A stretch of 64,000 nucleotides of DNA from Octopus sinensis (GCF_006345805.1 NC_043007.1:56048001-56112000), one strand, 5' to 3'. Shown: positions 28,880 through 43,398, counted from the stretch's first letter. The notes: generated from the letters alone by a model not told the origin. A program made the numbers and translations.

Positions 28880-29200
28880 CCCTCGTTCAGGTCTAACAAC
28901 CCTCCATGTTTGTTTTCGTTCGGTTTCTCTGTATGTCTCCACTGTCCTGTTTTTGTTCTTACGTTTGACCCCCCATAAACCCAAAGTTTTATTTTGGTAT
29001 TTATGGGAGCAACTGTCTTCGAAGACTCATGTTGTCGTTGAATGCTCCAAATGGGGGAGTAGATAGACAGCCGACAACTGAAGAAGGGTCATTCTTTGTA
29101 TTAATTGTCATTTTTTCTCTCTTTATTTGCTTATTTAAATTATTTGTCTTCGTATTTCATGTTGTTTACTGTTGATGATGTCTTGTACCCATAAATGCAT
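28880..29200 (+). mobile_element. Degenerate relative of the 59298-60073 repeat (hammerhead relic)
   Basis: ctgtct-tcgaaga...agacag-ccgacaactgaaga...gatgtcttgtac parallels ctgtctta...agacag-ttgacaactgatga...gatgtcctgtac. Confidence 0.5.
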
Positions 29201-30524
29201 ATATATATATATATCCTCAATTCTAATGAGATGCATTATTTTAGAAAAATAATATATTTCTCTCAGATTTTATCAAATTGTCAGATTCTTAGTTTATGGT
29301 AAGTGTAAATATATATTTCATATAAAATATTTCAAGTAAAAACCTTAAATATGGCTCTATTCCCTAAAACATTCTCTATATATTCTGCAATTTCACCAAT
29401 ACGTATTTTAATACCTCGTCAGTATTTTATGCACACAGATGCAACTTTTATTCGATAATCTGTTAATTATAATATTCAAAACAGAATATTGATTATTCTA
29501 TATGTGCAGAAACAGTTCTACGAAGTTTCTTAGTATTTCTCTCATTTGTTCTATTTTTGTTCTTTTTTCTTTTTATATATCTAAAATGTTTACTCTCTCC
29601 AGTTATTCAAGTTTCCGATTCTTTTCTTTTCCGATTATTGTCTCATCATTTAGGAAGTTTTGTCATGCTCAAATTGAAATTTTCAAAATATCTGACGTGT
29701 TAGAGACATCACACAAAGAAAAGAAACTCGCTTTACTATCTTTTTAGTGAAAAAATTCCTCAACTTAGAAAAACTGTAATGGACTGACATAAAAAATTCT
29801 TACTTTCTGAGAAACTAAAATTACCAAAATTATATGAATCTTGTCCAACTAAGCTTGTTAAAAACTGCTGTCGGTAAGTATTGAATTTATGATCTTCACT
29901 CAGGTGATTTGGCAAGCAAAACTCTATTTAAAGTTTCGATATTCCATTGAACTCCGCTACTGGTCAAAGATAAGAACATTACATTAAATGTGCTTGATAG
30001 TTCAGACAAAAATATATTAAGTATCGTTAGAATTTCTGAATTCGCTTTGCTTTTCGTGATGACTTGACTCACAAAAATGTATAAATGGCTTACAGATATT
30101 CAAAGGCTGCTGCATCGTTCGAATTTGATAAAAGTAAATACTCGGAGACTATGACTGATTCTACTCAGCGATGGATGCAAGGAAATAATTTGTTCTTTTT
30201 ACTGATAAGAATAATTATCTAACGGCAAACGTATAGACAGTAATTCTTCAGAATCATCTATTAAAGAAACACATCCAAGACGGGAGCAGAAAAATTGTAA
30301 TCAGCAAAGAAAGAGAAAGTAAAAGTAGAAAGGCAGATCAAAGGCTGCACTCTGCACTGTTACACACACACGCGCACACAAAATCGCGCACGCGCACATG
30401 CATACTCACACATCATACAGACAGATAGGAATATGGATGTATATATTTCTATATATGTGTGTGTGTATGTATATATATATATATATATATTTATATACGT
30501 GTGTGTGTGTGTGTAAGTACATAT

Positions 30525-30563
<39 letters not shown>

Positions 30564-30565
30564 TA

Positions 30566-30631
<66 letters not shown>

Positions 30632-30659
30632 AGTAATAATTTTATATTCAGGTATACAC

Positions 30660-32340
30660 CTTGAAGTATGATATTTAAAGCCCGTTCACAGTATTTGGCT
30701 ATCTGAGGTCGACGACAGTATGAAGGTATATGCTATTGGATTTACTTCAGGAATGCTTTGGTGTCCATAGAATTTATTTAGAAAAACAGAAAATAGAATT
30801 CATGAGACCCTTTATTCAGAACCTCTACGATCGTTTTGACCCATCATGCATCGGTGCCTTACAGACGAGATGCTGTACAATCATCATGCACGATAGGTGC
30901 AGGTATGTCTCCTCTGGTGACTTTTCAAAAATAATTCATTATGGAAACGGTTATATATAAATTTCCAAAGCGAAGGTATCAGATGTTACTTTGGATTCTT
31001 CGAATATATATTACCAATATATATATATTACCAATGCGTTTAAGAGTGCAAAGATGGATAACACCTCACTTCCAATGGTAGTGGTTAGCTCTTACCAAAG
31101 TCTACCCAAACGTGCCTACAAGCTAATTGATAGCCCACTTCAGTATTACCAAATACCAACACCGGTATTCGGTCTCATACTCTTGCATATGGATTCATTG
31201 AATATGAGGTTCCCCATGGGAAATTTCACCATTAATTCGCAGTGACTGAAACAAAAGGATATTATGGCGAGATGCAACATTTCTGTGATCCTATTTGTGG
31301 TGACCATAAACTTACTGCTAAAGGTGGAAAGAAAACAGTGGCGAGGACTCCAAACTAATTAAAACACTGGATACTCAGTCTACAAGGCCGACCATCAGTG
31401 ATGACATAACGGTCATGTCACCATCAACCCAATGGATGCTGAGAACACTGAGCTCGCTGGAAAAGATACTTACATGGCCACAAATAAAGTTCAATCCATC
31501 AAAATCTCGGTGACTGAACATCCTTAAATAAGACTGATAAATGAAATTTCAACGTTCAGTGATTTATGATTCCAAGAAGGAAAATAAAAAGGAATCCAAC
31601 AGGAAGAATTACGACTGTACCCTTAAGGATATTGGCATCATCGGAGATCCTACAAGAGAAATGACTAAGGGCAGTTGATAAAAGCCGGCTTATGACTATG
31701 GTATATCCAATTTGGGAACATACACACATGCAATGTCCATTTTCGAAGTTCTGCCTAACAATTTCATCGGTGATAGAGGAATTCAAAGACAGGAAGGCAT
31801 GAACAATCTCACATTACTTCAGTCTGAGTATGAAAACGTCAAACAAGCTAACAAGATCATAAAGTACTACAGACTGTGGAAGGCCCGAGAAAAAAGTAGC
31901 AATATACTGGTGACGCAAAGAGATTGTTGGAATATTCTATCAAGGATTTGGCAACTACGGTGTCAAGAGAAGGATGAAACACAAACGTTAGAAGCAAGTG
32001 GTAGCTCTTATTACAAAGGATCCGCGGGTCACGAGAGGACAGTCGTCGTGAAAACGTAGTAGGGATTGCCCACGAAGGACAATGGATACAGTGGGACCAG
32101 GCACTCGAGCGCCTACTATCATAGTAACAATTCCAGAGTACTAACCATGGAAAATTATCCTTCTGCCTACGTGCTGTCAATGATATCTTGCCAAACCCAA
32201 GTAAAGTTAAAATATGAAACAAAGAGGAAGGTCCAACTGGCAAGCAATGCTGAAAACACTTTGAACTTTGAATCACATTGTGACCGGATGCGTTTGAGCA
32301 CTGGGATAGTACAGGAATCTCAGGCCCAACTACTACCCTT
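30660..32340 (+). mobile_element. Highly degenerate HERO-like RT/RLE LINE
   Basis: LLDLLQECFGVH (RT domain-3-like), RLWKAREK, GQWIQWD, FCLRAVNDILPNPS. Confidence 0.55.
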
Positions 32341-32432
32341 CATACTACCCCACCCCTGCTACGCTTGCTGTTACTGCAACCACTACTGCTGTTGCACATA
32401 ACAATATTATCAGTGATATCAGTGATGATACA

Positions 32433-32463
<31 letters not shown>

Positions 32464-32465
<2 letters not shown>

Positions 32466-34512
32466 CAAACTGTTCCCAGAAGAGCAGAAAGGATGCCGCA
32501 AGGGCTCATATGACTGTAAAGATCAACTAATGATTAATAAAGCTGTAACTGAAGACAGCCACAGAAAGAAGAAAGGCCTCAGTATGGCCTGGATTGACTA
32601 CAAAAAGGCGTTTGATAGCATCCCCCACACATGGATCCTCGAAACACTAGCCATTAACAAAGTAGCACCAACAATCATAAAATTCATAGAGCACTCTATG
32701 AATAAATGGCGAACAGTCCTACACCTCCAAACAAAAGAGGGACTCATGAAAACCAAAGACATCCCCATTAGAAGAGGAATATTCCAGGGAGACACGCTCT
32801 CTCCACTCCTTTTCTGCTTGGCACTGTCACCTCTATCTGATATGCTAAATAGAACTGGATGCGGATATAAATGTTACGGCAAAACGATCAGCCACCTTTT
32901 ATATATGGATGACCTAAAACTATACGCTGCAGATGACAAACAGCTGGAAACACTATTAAAGACAGTTCATGGATTTACCAAAGAAATAGATATGAAATTT
33001 GGATTAGAAAAATGCGCCAAAGTAACCATGAAAAGAGGAAAACTAGTTAAGAGTAACAACATCACACTAGATAAAACCAATGAAATAAAAGAATTAGACC
33101 AAAGCCAAACTTACAAATACTTAGGAATCCATGAACTAGATAAGACACAACACACACAAATGAAAGAGAAAATAAAAAAAGAATATTATAGACGAGTTAG
33201 ATCAATACTAAAAACAGAGCTCAATGCTAAAAACAAGATAATAGGTATCAACACTTTAGCTGTCCCAGTTATAAGTTACAGCTACAATATCCTTAACTGG
33301 ACACGAAATGAACTGTCCAAAATAGATAGGAAAACAAGAAAAATACTGACAGGATCTAGGATGCATCACCCAAAATCTGACATAGAAAGACTATATATAC
33401 AACGTATAGAAGGTGGTAGAGGCCTTATACAGCTGGAAAACTACTATAAAATAACCACCATAGGACTGCAAAAATACCTACTTCAGAAGGAAGGAAAACT
33501 GATCCAGATAGCAGCAAAACACGAGCAAAACAAAAAACTGTTCTCAGTATTTAAGGAAGCTGACAAATACAAACAAGAAATCATACCACCTAATAAACAC
33601 AAAGAAGAAGAAGAAGATGATGAAGAAACAACAAAAGCTATAAAACAAATGAAATCCAAACTAAAAATAGAACAGCAACGAGCCATGATAAAACGATGGC
33701 AAGAAAAACCCCTTCATGGTAAATACTGCACTAAACTAAACGCAAAAGAAATAGACAAAGAAAAATCCCAGCAATGGTTGAGAAGCTCAGGACTCAAAGC
33801 AGAAACAGAGGGATTTTTAATTGCAGCACAAGACCAAAGCCTCCCCACCAGAAATTACCAAAAACATGTAATGAAAAGAAATATTACAAGTATGGCCACA
33901 GCTCATAAGCTGAAACTAGAATCAATCAATCAATCAATCAACTGCAGAATATGTGGAGATGGACAAGAAACAATAAATCATATTATCTCTAGCTGCCCAG
34001 TCCTGGCTAAGAAGGAATATATTCACAGACATGACAGAGTTGGAACCTACATACATTGGAAGCTATGCCAACATTATGGAATAACAACAGAAAAAAGATG
34101 GTATAGGCACACACCAGAAAAGGTCACAGAAAACGAGAAAGCAACCATACTCTGGGATATGCCGATACACACAGATAGAGAAATTAAGGCCAACAGACCA
34201 GATATAGTTGTCAGAGATCATGAAGAAAAAAAATGCTTTCTAATTGATGTATCAATACCGGCAGATGACAACGTGTCTCTAAAAGAAATGGAGAAACTCT
34301 CAAAATACAAAGATCTGGAAATAGAGGTAACTAGAATGTGGAACCTGAAAACAGAAACAATTCCTATCATAGTAGGTGCATTAGGCATGATAAAAAAATA
34401 TTCAGACAAATACATAACAAAAACACCAGGACTTACAAACACATATAACATACAGAAAATTGCACTACTAGGCACTGCACACATCCTACGCAGAACACTT
34501 TCCATACAATAA
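32464..34512 (+). CDS. R4/Dong reverse transcriptase-restriction-like endonuclease, uninterrupted but lacking the N-terminus
   Basis: EQKGCR, WIDYKKAFDS, GIFQGDTLSP, LYMDDLK, YKYLG, GGRGL, CRIC..ETINHIISSC, RHD, NRPDIV, IDVSIP, EKLSKY. The first ~33 codons of the annotated 715-aa ORF come from flanking sequence. Confidence 0.9.
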
Positions 34513-34606
34513 CCATCAGAGCATCACAACAAATCACAGCACATACCCAAGGCATACAGAGCTGCGCTCGGTAGTGAAGTGAAAGCACGCTATAAAAATA
34601 AAACTA

Positions 34607-34659
<53 letters not shown>
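32464..34659 (+). mobile_element. 5'-truncated R4/Dong-clade non-LTR retrotransposon inserted in (TAA)n
   Basis: (TAA)n on both sides (32432-32463, 34611-34659); RT, CCHC and RLE domains; short 3' UTR. Confidence 0.93.
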
Positions 34660-34660
<1 letters not shown>

Positions 34661-37600
34661 GTACTATGCATCCGCGAAAATCTCAACGATCCTATGTGGT
34701 GAAAAGATTAGAAGTACTATGCATCCGCGAAAATCTCAACGATCCTATGTGGTGAAAAGATTAGAAAACGGCAACGTTCCCACAAAAAGCCTTCTTGGCA
34801 AGAGCGTATCCAACATCAAATTAAACTACCCAGGTCTGACATTGAATGTATGGAAAACCTTAAGGTTGACAAGACTACCAAACCTACAAAAACCCCCAAA
34901 TTAAAGAAAAAATACATGAAAACTATACTTGATATTGATGCCACCATAGAAACCATCAAACAAAAAGTATCTGCTAAAGCTGCCCGCATAGCGAGGTATG
35001 AAAAGCGTGTTGGATTCTTCAAGGACAACAACATGTTCAAAAATAACCCCCAAAATTTTTACAGGAAGATAGGGAAAACACCAGTTACTGTAAAGTGTGT
35101 ACCATCAAAAGACGAAGTGCACGGTTTTTGGAATAAAATTTGGGCAGAAGAAAAAGCAAACAACGAAAAGGCCCCTTGGATTGATAGAATAGCTACGGAC
35201 TTGTACTCCTTAGAGGAGCAAAAGTGGGAGGGTGTCAAGGTAGAAGATGTAAGATCTGCTCTCAGGAGGTCAAGCAAATGGAAGTCTCCAGGAAAGGATA
35301 AAATTCTTAACTTCTGCTTGAATGCCTTCCCAGAGAGGCATGAACTGCTAACAGAACTTTACAATGATGCTTTGCAACACCCTAGTAGGATGCCTGCCTG
35401 GCTAGCTAATAGTTTAACATTCTTGCTCCCAAAAAGTGAAGAAACAAACGAACCAAAAAGCTATTGACCCATAACCTGCTTAACAACTATGTATAAACGC
35501 TAACATCTGTCCTGACGGAATATACCTATAGTTTTTAATAGACAGCAGCATATTCCCTAATGAACAGAAAAGATGTAAACGTGGATCCTATGGTTGTGAA
35601 GATCAGCTACTCATCAATAGGATGAACTTAGAAGATTGTCACAAACGACACAAAAACTTGTCAATAGCCTGGATAGACTATAAAAAGGCTTTTGAAAGCC
35701 TACCACATAGCTGGATAAAGAAATGCCTAGAAATGTACAAAATAGTGCCTACTCTGCGAAACTTTTTGTCTGTAAGTATGAGATCATGGAGAACCATACT
35801 GACTTTGAACAGTGACGATGAATCTCTAAATGCTGGTGATGTAAAAATTTCATGTGGCATTTTCCAGGGCGACTCACTATCACCACTCTTCTTTTGTTTA
35901 GCCTTAATACCTCTCTCATAATTGCTCAATCACGCATAGTGCGGATATAAAATGTTGGATAAAAATATAAATCATCTCATTTACACGGATGATTTAAAGC
36001 TCTTTGCAAAGAATGGTCAACAACTCAACAGCTTACTAACGATTGTTAAACAATTCATCGAAGACATCAGAATGCAAATTGGTCTCGATAAATGTGCAAA
36101 AGCTACTTTTATCAAAGGGAAAATGACGGAAACATCTAACGTTTACTTCGACCAGCAGAATGTCATAAATGAGTAAGACCCAGTGGAGAGCTACAAGTAC
36201 CTAGCGGTAATTGAAGGGGATGGAATAAGGCATTCAGTGATGAAGGAAAGGATCAGGAGAGAATGTTATCACAGAGCAAGAGCAATACTCAAGACAGAGC
36301 TGAATGCAAGAAACAGGATCGAAGCGATCAATGCTTTAGCCATACCAGTCGTGACTTACAGTTTCAATATCGTTAACTGGTCAATTACTGAAATATGTAA
36401 TCTTGACAGAAAAATACGAAAACTGTTGACAATGCATAGAATGCACCACCCTAAGGCAGATATATATCGACTTTATCTGCCAAGAAAAGAGGAGGACGTG
36501 GGCTTTTACAACTGGCAATAACAATGAAGATTGCTACATTTGGCCTAGATACCAACCTGAAAAACTCTGAGGACTAGATGTTAAAACTTGTCTCAAAACA
36601 TAAAAACAATAAAGCATCATACTCAGTAACAAAACAGGCAAAGGAATATCTAAGTGAATTCCGAATACAACAAATTCCGGAATTAGACACACAAGAAACA
36701 AGCACAGAAAAAGCTAAGCGCATGAAAACCCGTGCTAAAACTGCTGCCTCAGATATTCTGAATGATAAATGGCAAGAAAAACCTCTCAATGGCAAATACC
36801 CAAAGAGAGTGAATAATGCAGATGTTGACAAAGCCCTGACCCCTCAATGGCTAATGGCCTCTGGCTTAAAATCTGAAACAGAAGGGTTTATCATAGCAGC
36901 TCAAGATTAATGCCTACCTACAAGGAACTACCAGGCCAAAATATATTAAAGAACGGCAGTAGCCCGATATGTCATGTTTGTCAACAACAAAATGGAACCA
37001 TTGATCATGTTGTATCCAAGTGCAGTCTTCTTGCGCCTACAGAGTATCTTAACAGGCATGATAGAGCTGCACAATATATTCACTTGGTAATTTGCAGAAG
37101 CCTGGACTTGCTCCATGATAAAAACTGGTGGGAACAGAAACCACCTCCAGTGCTTGAAAATGACCACATCTCACTCCTCTGGAACTTCACCATTCAAACT
37201 GACAGAAAGATAGACGCGAATAGGCCAGACATCATATTAAAAGACTTCAGACGAAAAACATGCCTCCTCATTGATATGACTGTAATATAAACGTATCTGT
37301 CAAGACCTAGCAGAAACTGAGCAAATATAAAGATCTGGAAACAGAAATCAGCAAAATGGGGAACCTGAAGACTAAAACAATACCTGTTGTCATAGGTGCC
37401 CTGGGAATGATATTAAAAGGGGCTGATTGCTACCTAACTCAGATACCAGGAAACCCCCAAATGGCAGAAATTCGAAAGATAGTGCTCATATCCTATGCAA
37501 AATACTTTCTTTGTAATCTCAAGTTTTAAAGCAAACATAATTTTCGTATGGTTTTTTAGGCATTCACTAGCACAACACTAAGTACAAAACCAAATGTATG

Positions 37601-37729
37601 GCACCCTAGGCATAACATCAACATGACCTTCCAACTTGTTGTCTCTTGAGGTCTCTGGGTGAGACTTGGAGCCAACTTGTACAAATGTAAAGCAAAAGTC
37701 AAACATAGAATAATAATAATGATAATAAT
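34661..37729 (+). mobile_element. Second R4/Dong family element, degenerate, 5'-truncated, TAA tail
   Basis: WKSPGKD, WIDYKKAFES, GIFQGDSLSP, IYTDDLK, CHVC..HVVSKC, RHD, NRPDII. A 53-bp tandem duplication sits at the 5' junction (34661-34766). Confidence 0.9.
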
Positions 37730-40700
37730 GACCGGAAACGGGTTGAGCATCCTCCTCCTTATGGGCTGATTAATAATACATCTAGTGATGGTGTCACAAT
37801 AAACACACTGGTAATTGCGCAACCTGATAATCGCTACCTCATATGAGTGACAATGAAAGAACAAAATATTGCGAATAACGGTGGTGATGAAACTGAAGCC
37901 AATGATGGTGACAGTGTTACACCCGGTAGGCTCAGAGACTCTGGTGCGGCTCCAGCCTGTCGATATCTAGAAAGAGATATCCAGCCTGTCGATATCTAGA
38001 TGGAGCAAGCAAATCAATGCTGTGGTCATGGAGTGTTACTTTCTGAGCAGCCCGGTAGATGAAAATGGTGCTCAAGTTAGGGGTTACCGACAACGTATGT
38101 ATGACCATTAGACAGAAATCTACGACGATTTCATCTCAATCGAAGGAGAGGGGCTTTCTCCGTCCGGGTTGCGGATCCGTGGAATAAGCTGCCCGACGAG
38201 ATAGTGAAGATGCCAACGACCGCTCGGTTCAAAGTCTCTCTTGACCAGAAATGGCCTGAACTCTTTGTATGAACACCCTCCCTGTACATAACTCCATGTC
38301 TCCCTACATGACCTTGCTTTTGCTTTTTGAGCCAAAAGAATTAAATCAAATTAAACACGGAACAGAGACTATGTGATGAAGCTAGAGCAATAAGAAAAAA
38401 ACTGTTGTTTCACGGAAGTGGAGCTTGAAGCTATCAAAAGATGGGTCATGGAAAATACCAGCAGAGATAGCAATGGAAATACAGTTCTTACTAATAAGAG
38501 TAGTCTCATAGCACAGGAAAAGAGCAGTGGTAGTTTACTTGATGAGAGACATATAGATGATCTAAAAGAAGACAAGAAAACTAATGCTGACATAACAGAT
38601 GAACAAAAGGCAATCTACGACAGAGTAAAGGTAAGAATACAAGAGAACGATAGCGACATTATTTGCAACCTTAAAAAGGTTGATAGATGGAAATTGAACC
38701 AAGAAACGAAAAATGTCGATGAAATTCTGAAATACATCAGAACAAGCAATATCACAGAAACAAATAATTTGATCAAGGCAGCAAGTATTGTTGTAGCAGA
38801 AAACGTGGTAGTTGATGTCAGGAAAAAGAAACATAATGGGAGTGGGAAAAGAAAAGATCCATGGTGGAAAAGAAGAATCCAGGCAGGGTTAGACATGCTC
38901 TCGAAGGAAATCTTTGTGTTAGACCGAAAAGAGAAAGGGGAACTTAAAAGCGAACAAAAATACAGGGCGCTGAAAAAGAAGTATAATATTGAACGAAAGG
39001 GCCTGAAAGTGGTAATAGAAGAACTGAAACAGCGCCTCGTTGCAAAGAAAACAAAGCTGATAAGATACAACCAAAGAATGAAGGGTTATCACCAGAATAG
39101 GTTGTTCAGAGTAGATCTGAAGAGATTCTATAAAGAAAGAAATGGAGAGTGTACAGACGAAAAGTTGATACCAGATGACATTGAAAGTCAAAGGTTGGGA
39201 GTGACATCTGGAGCAAAGAGAAGGCGCACAAGAAAGATTCTGAATGGTTGCAAGAAGTGAAACAAGTAGTAGTCTGTCTAAAACAGGCAGAATTAGTCAT
39301 TTCAGTTAGGGAAGTGAAGGAAATCAGCAAAAAATGATCAACTGGAAGGCCCCAGGACCAGATGGAGTTCAGGGCTACTGGTTCAAAAGATTTGCTGAAT
39401 GTTATGCACGAACAGCTGCACAAATCAACACCTTGTTAAATGCCGACCAAGGAACACCAGAGTGGTTGACACTGGGAAGGACAATGCTGTGCCATGAAAA
39501 ACTTCGGAAAGGGCAATACGGTAGACAATTACAGGCCGATATCCTGTTTGCCACTTATGTGGAAGTAGTTATTCACTGGAATACTCGCAGAGTCAATGTA
39601 CGAACATCTGGAAAAAAATGGAATCCTGCCACATGAGCAGTAGGTTTCAAGCGTAAGTGCAGAGGTACCAAGGATCAACTCCTGATAGACAAAACTATAC
39701 TTAGAGACTGCAAGAGAAGGAAAAGTAACTTAGCCATGTCATTGATCGACTGTTGTAAGGCGTACGATGATCCCACATTCTTGGATTAGATTATGGAGTG
39801 TATGAACGTATTTGGTATTGCATCGAATGTCGAACGATTGCTTGAAAAAAGTATGGTGAATTTGAGGACGGACCTGACAGCATACAGACAATGTTTAGGG
39901 ACAGTAGAAATTAGGAGGGATATCTTCCAAGGCGACTGCCTGTCCCCACTGATCTTTGTACTGTGCTTGATACCACTAACACTGATTCTGAGGAACGCAA
40001 AAGCCACCAACAAAAATCAACCATTTGTTATTCATGGATGACCTTAAACTTTATGGTAAAGATGAAGCCCAAGTCAGTTCCCTCGTTGATATGGTTTATA
40101 CCTTCGGTGCTAATATCAGAATGGAGTTCGGACTGAGAAAGTGTGGTGTGTTAGTCTTGAAGAGAAGCAAAATCAAATGTATGGACGGGCTAACGATACC
40201 GTCGGGGGAGGTTATGAAGCAGATAGAAGAGACGGGCTATAAATACTTGGGGATTTTGGAAATGGATAAATTGAAGGAGAAAGAAATAGCAGAAAATTTA
40301 TGGTGGAGTACTTGCGCAGACTGAGACTGATCCTTAAGTCGAAATTAAATGGATGGAAGAAGATCGAAGCTATCAACACCTGGGCGGTTTCATTCTTAGA
40401 TATGGAGCTGTAGTAATCGCATGGACAGTAGACGAACTAAACAGCTTAGACAGAAAGACAAGGAAGTTGCTAACTAGATATGGGTCACTCCACCCAAAAA
40501 ATGACGCAGACAGATTGTATGTAGCAAGAAAAAGAGGGGGACGAGGATTTATTGGATGCAATCGCAACATTAGTGCAAAAGAAGACATAGCATGGTATGT
40601 AAAAAATGCCACAGAACCGCTATTATTAGAAGTAAAAAGGTCAGGCTTGTGTAGGATGAAATATTGCAAAGATAAAGCACTGTACAAGCAATTGAAAACG

Positions 40701-40916
40701 AATAAAACTGAAAATAGGTGGGTAAAGAAAAGAATGCATAGTCAATTTCGTAAGGATGTTGAAGATAAGACAGACGGAGAAAAAAGATGGCTATGGATGA
40801 ATAAAAGTGATTTAAGACCGGAAACGGAGGCTCTAATCTGTGCTGCCCAAGAGCAAGTACTAAGAATAAACTACATAAAATACAGAATAGACAACACAGC
40901 AGAAAGTGATAAGTGC
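37730..40916 (+). mobile_element. Third R4/Dong family element, degenerate, 3'-truncated
   Basis: DPWWKRRI, NWKAPGPDGVQGYW, DIFQGDCLSP, LFMDDLK, GGRG, ETEALICAAQEQ; breaks off at the first Cys of the zinc knuckle. Confidence 0.9.
38118..38356 (+). mobile_element. CR1/L2-type LINE 3' end nested in the R4/Dong element
   Basis: AFSVRVADPWNKLPDEIVKMPTTARFKVSLDQKW plus a short UTR and tail. Confidence 0.75.
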
Positions 40917-41551
40917 AATAGCCATAGATATATGTGAATGTTGAATTTGACCTGCGAAGTCTGCTCGTTATGAACTTTTGGACGTACTTGTGTGGAGGGA
41001 GTAAAAGACTTTTTTCAAGATGTATATGGATTTGACCTGTGGAAGTTTGTATACTTATGAACTTTGGGTGTATTTGTATGACGGAAGTAAAAGATTTTTT
41101 TCAAATATTTTTTCAAATATTAAAAAAAAAAAATTTTTGAAAATTTTAAAAATATTTTAATGACCTGATAAAACTATTTTAATTGGTGCATATTTATTTT
41201 TACCTTTATTTTATATTTGTCGATTAGGTTTTTGGAAGTTTTTGAATTTTTAGCCATTTAATATTTAACTTTTTGATAGGCCGTTCTGTTTGTATTTTAT
41301 TCGATTATATACTTTTACCTTCTGTGATTTTATGTATATGTATTATTATGTGTTTGGGAACCATGGTGAATTTCATATATGATTAAATGTTTGAGGGTTG
41401 GTGTTCAGTCGATCAACTATAGATCAATCGATTGATACAATGGAACTATGGCACTTGACCCTTGCTGTTAGCCTTCAATACATGTTGAGATCCTTTACTT
41501 GTGTATATTATATATAGATGTGTGTGTGTGTGTGTGTGTGTGTGTCTGTGC

Positions 41552-43394
41552 ACTAGCAGAGATACCCGGCATTGCCCGTGTCACATGTAATTGAAGAATT
41601 AGACTTTTGTATTTTCTCTAATGAACTGGAATACCTATGATCCGAATTTCATCATAATTGGAGATTAAGAATATTAACGGGGGTTATTTCCCTCTTTACA
41701 CACACTAACAGAAATTCTAATCATAACATATTTATCCCATACTACTCATCTTTATGCCCAGATTCCAAAATCAAAATCCTATAAAACCCATTCAAAGGTT
41801 TTTGCCCCTGAAAAATGGAGCACATGGGGCTCTAAAAGGCCCCTATTAAGGGAATCTTAAAAGTCAACCACAGAAGCTGAGTTGTTGGAAATTTTTTTTA
41901 ACTTGAGTCTTTTAACAACAGATATATTGTTCAAATTTCTCTGAAATCAGAAATATATGAATATTCACTGGGTTTGTAAAGAGAGCAAAGCTAGAAGACG
42001 AATGATCACAATAAGTATCCAGTTACCCTACCCTAGTTGTTATCACTCTCCAGTGTAGGATTCCTTACCATATAGCTGACTGACACAGCTGTAAGATGTA
42101 TTACGGATCTATAACAATTGGAAGCGCGTGACCCAACTTAAATAAACATTAACAACTGTGTGACGTGAGGGCTAAGGGGAAATGAAAGTGTCTCCTCTGG
42201 AGTTTGCCAATGATCACTAAGCTGATACGTAGCTGCAATCTATAAATCTCTTTGAATGACCAATCACTTATCTGGAAAGGCCTTGAAACCAATGTTACCT
42301 TCTGGAGACTATCTCTGACCCAGTGATAATAAATAACTCAAAGGAGGTCTGCAACCAAATAACTTTCCTCAAAATAACACCTTGCAAATGAATCAGTTTT
42401 ACTTGACAATTTATGCACCATAAAACAGAAATCACAATTTAAGTATATCTCAAAGCGAACTCTTACAGTTTTACACCATTGAATTACAAATAACGTTGAT
42501 CTTCTCTCGTCGGGTGACTTTACAGTTTCCAAGACTACAATTGTATTCGACTTAGCTTAGGAAAAATGACTAACTTGCGGGACTAACATAAGAAGTTGAA
42601 ATTTTAGGAATATCACTTCATTTGTGTCTAATATTTATGGTTAAAATTTCATCAACAACAATAATATATGAATTTTCATGGGGGTTATGCCCTCTCACTT
42701 TAAAACATAAACTGCATTACATCCGCCCTTATGCATAGAATATTATTTCCAAATTTCATAAAGCTCCGTTCAGTACTTTTGACCTTGTTTTAGATCATAA
42801 AAAATGACTAAAATTTGGTAGTTAAGGCCCCCATTAGGGGGTCTTAGAATCCTCATGAGAAGCGGAAACTTTGGGAATACTTCTTGATTTATGTCAATTA
42901 CCCATGGTTGAAATTTCTTCAACATCAGAAATTCATGAATTTCATGGGGGGTTCTGGCCGCTTTAAGCTCCCTCAAATTCAAACCAAACATACTACATTA
43001 TATCCGCCTTTATGCATTGAATTTTAGTTACAAATATCATAAGGATACATTCAGTAATTTTGGTCCATGAAAAATGACTAAATTTTGAGGATTAAGTCCC
43101 CTTTAGGAAGTCTTAGAATCATCCAGACAAATGGAAATTTTAGGTATATTTTTTAATATATTTCTAATACTTATGGTTCAAATTTCATCAAACTCCGAAG
43201 CATATGAATTTTCACGGGATGTTCTGCCTTCCCACCCTTTATACCCCCTCAAAATTGTATGAAGCATACTGCATTACCCTTCTCCCTAGGCTTGGGTTTT
43301 GTATTCCAAATTTCATTAGGATCGGTTCAGTAGTCTTCGAGTCTATAAGTAACACACGAACAGACAAACACACAGACGTTAACTTTTATATAAT

Positions 43395-43398
<4 letters not shown>
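41552..43398 (+). mobile_element. Helitron/DINE-like non-autonomous element with internal ~240-270-bp tandem repeats
   Basis: Begins actagcag..cccggcattgcccg and ends acagacaaacacacagac..ttttatataatagat. Repeat units are marked by aaaatgactaa near 42562, 42801 and 43071. Confidence 0.65.

Noticed and set aside
29700-30200. Possible decayed coding sequence
   Set aside because: No motif could be recognised in any frame.
32365-32463. Signal-peptide-like N-terminus of the 715-aa ORF
   Set aside because: It derives from flanking low-complexity and (TAA)n sequence read in frame by chance, starting at a non-ATG codon.
40944-41104. Two ~86-bp-period diverged tandem units as a CRISPR-like array
   Set aside because: Only two units, no unique spacers, and a eukaryotic context.
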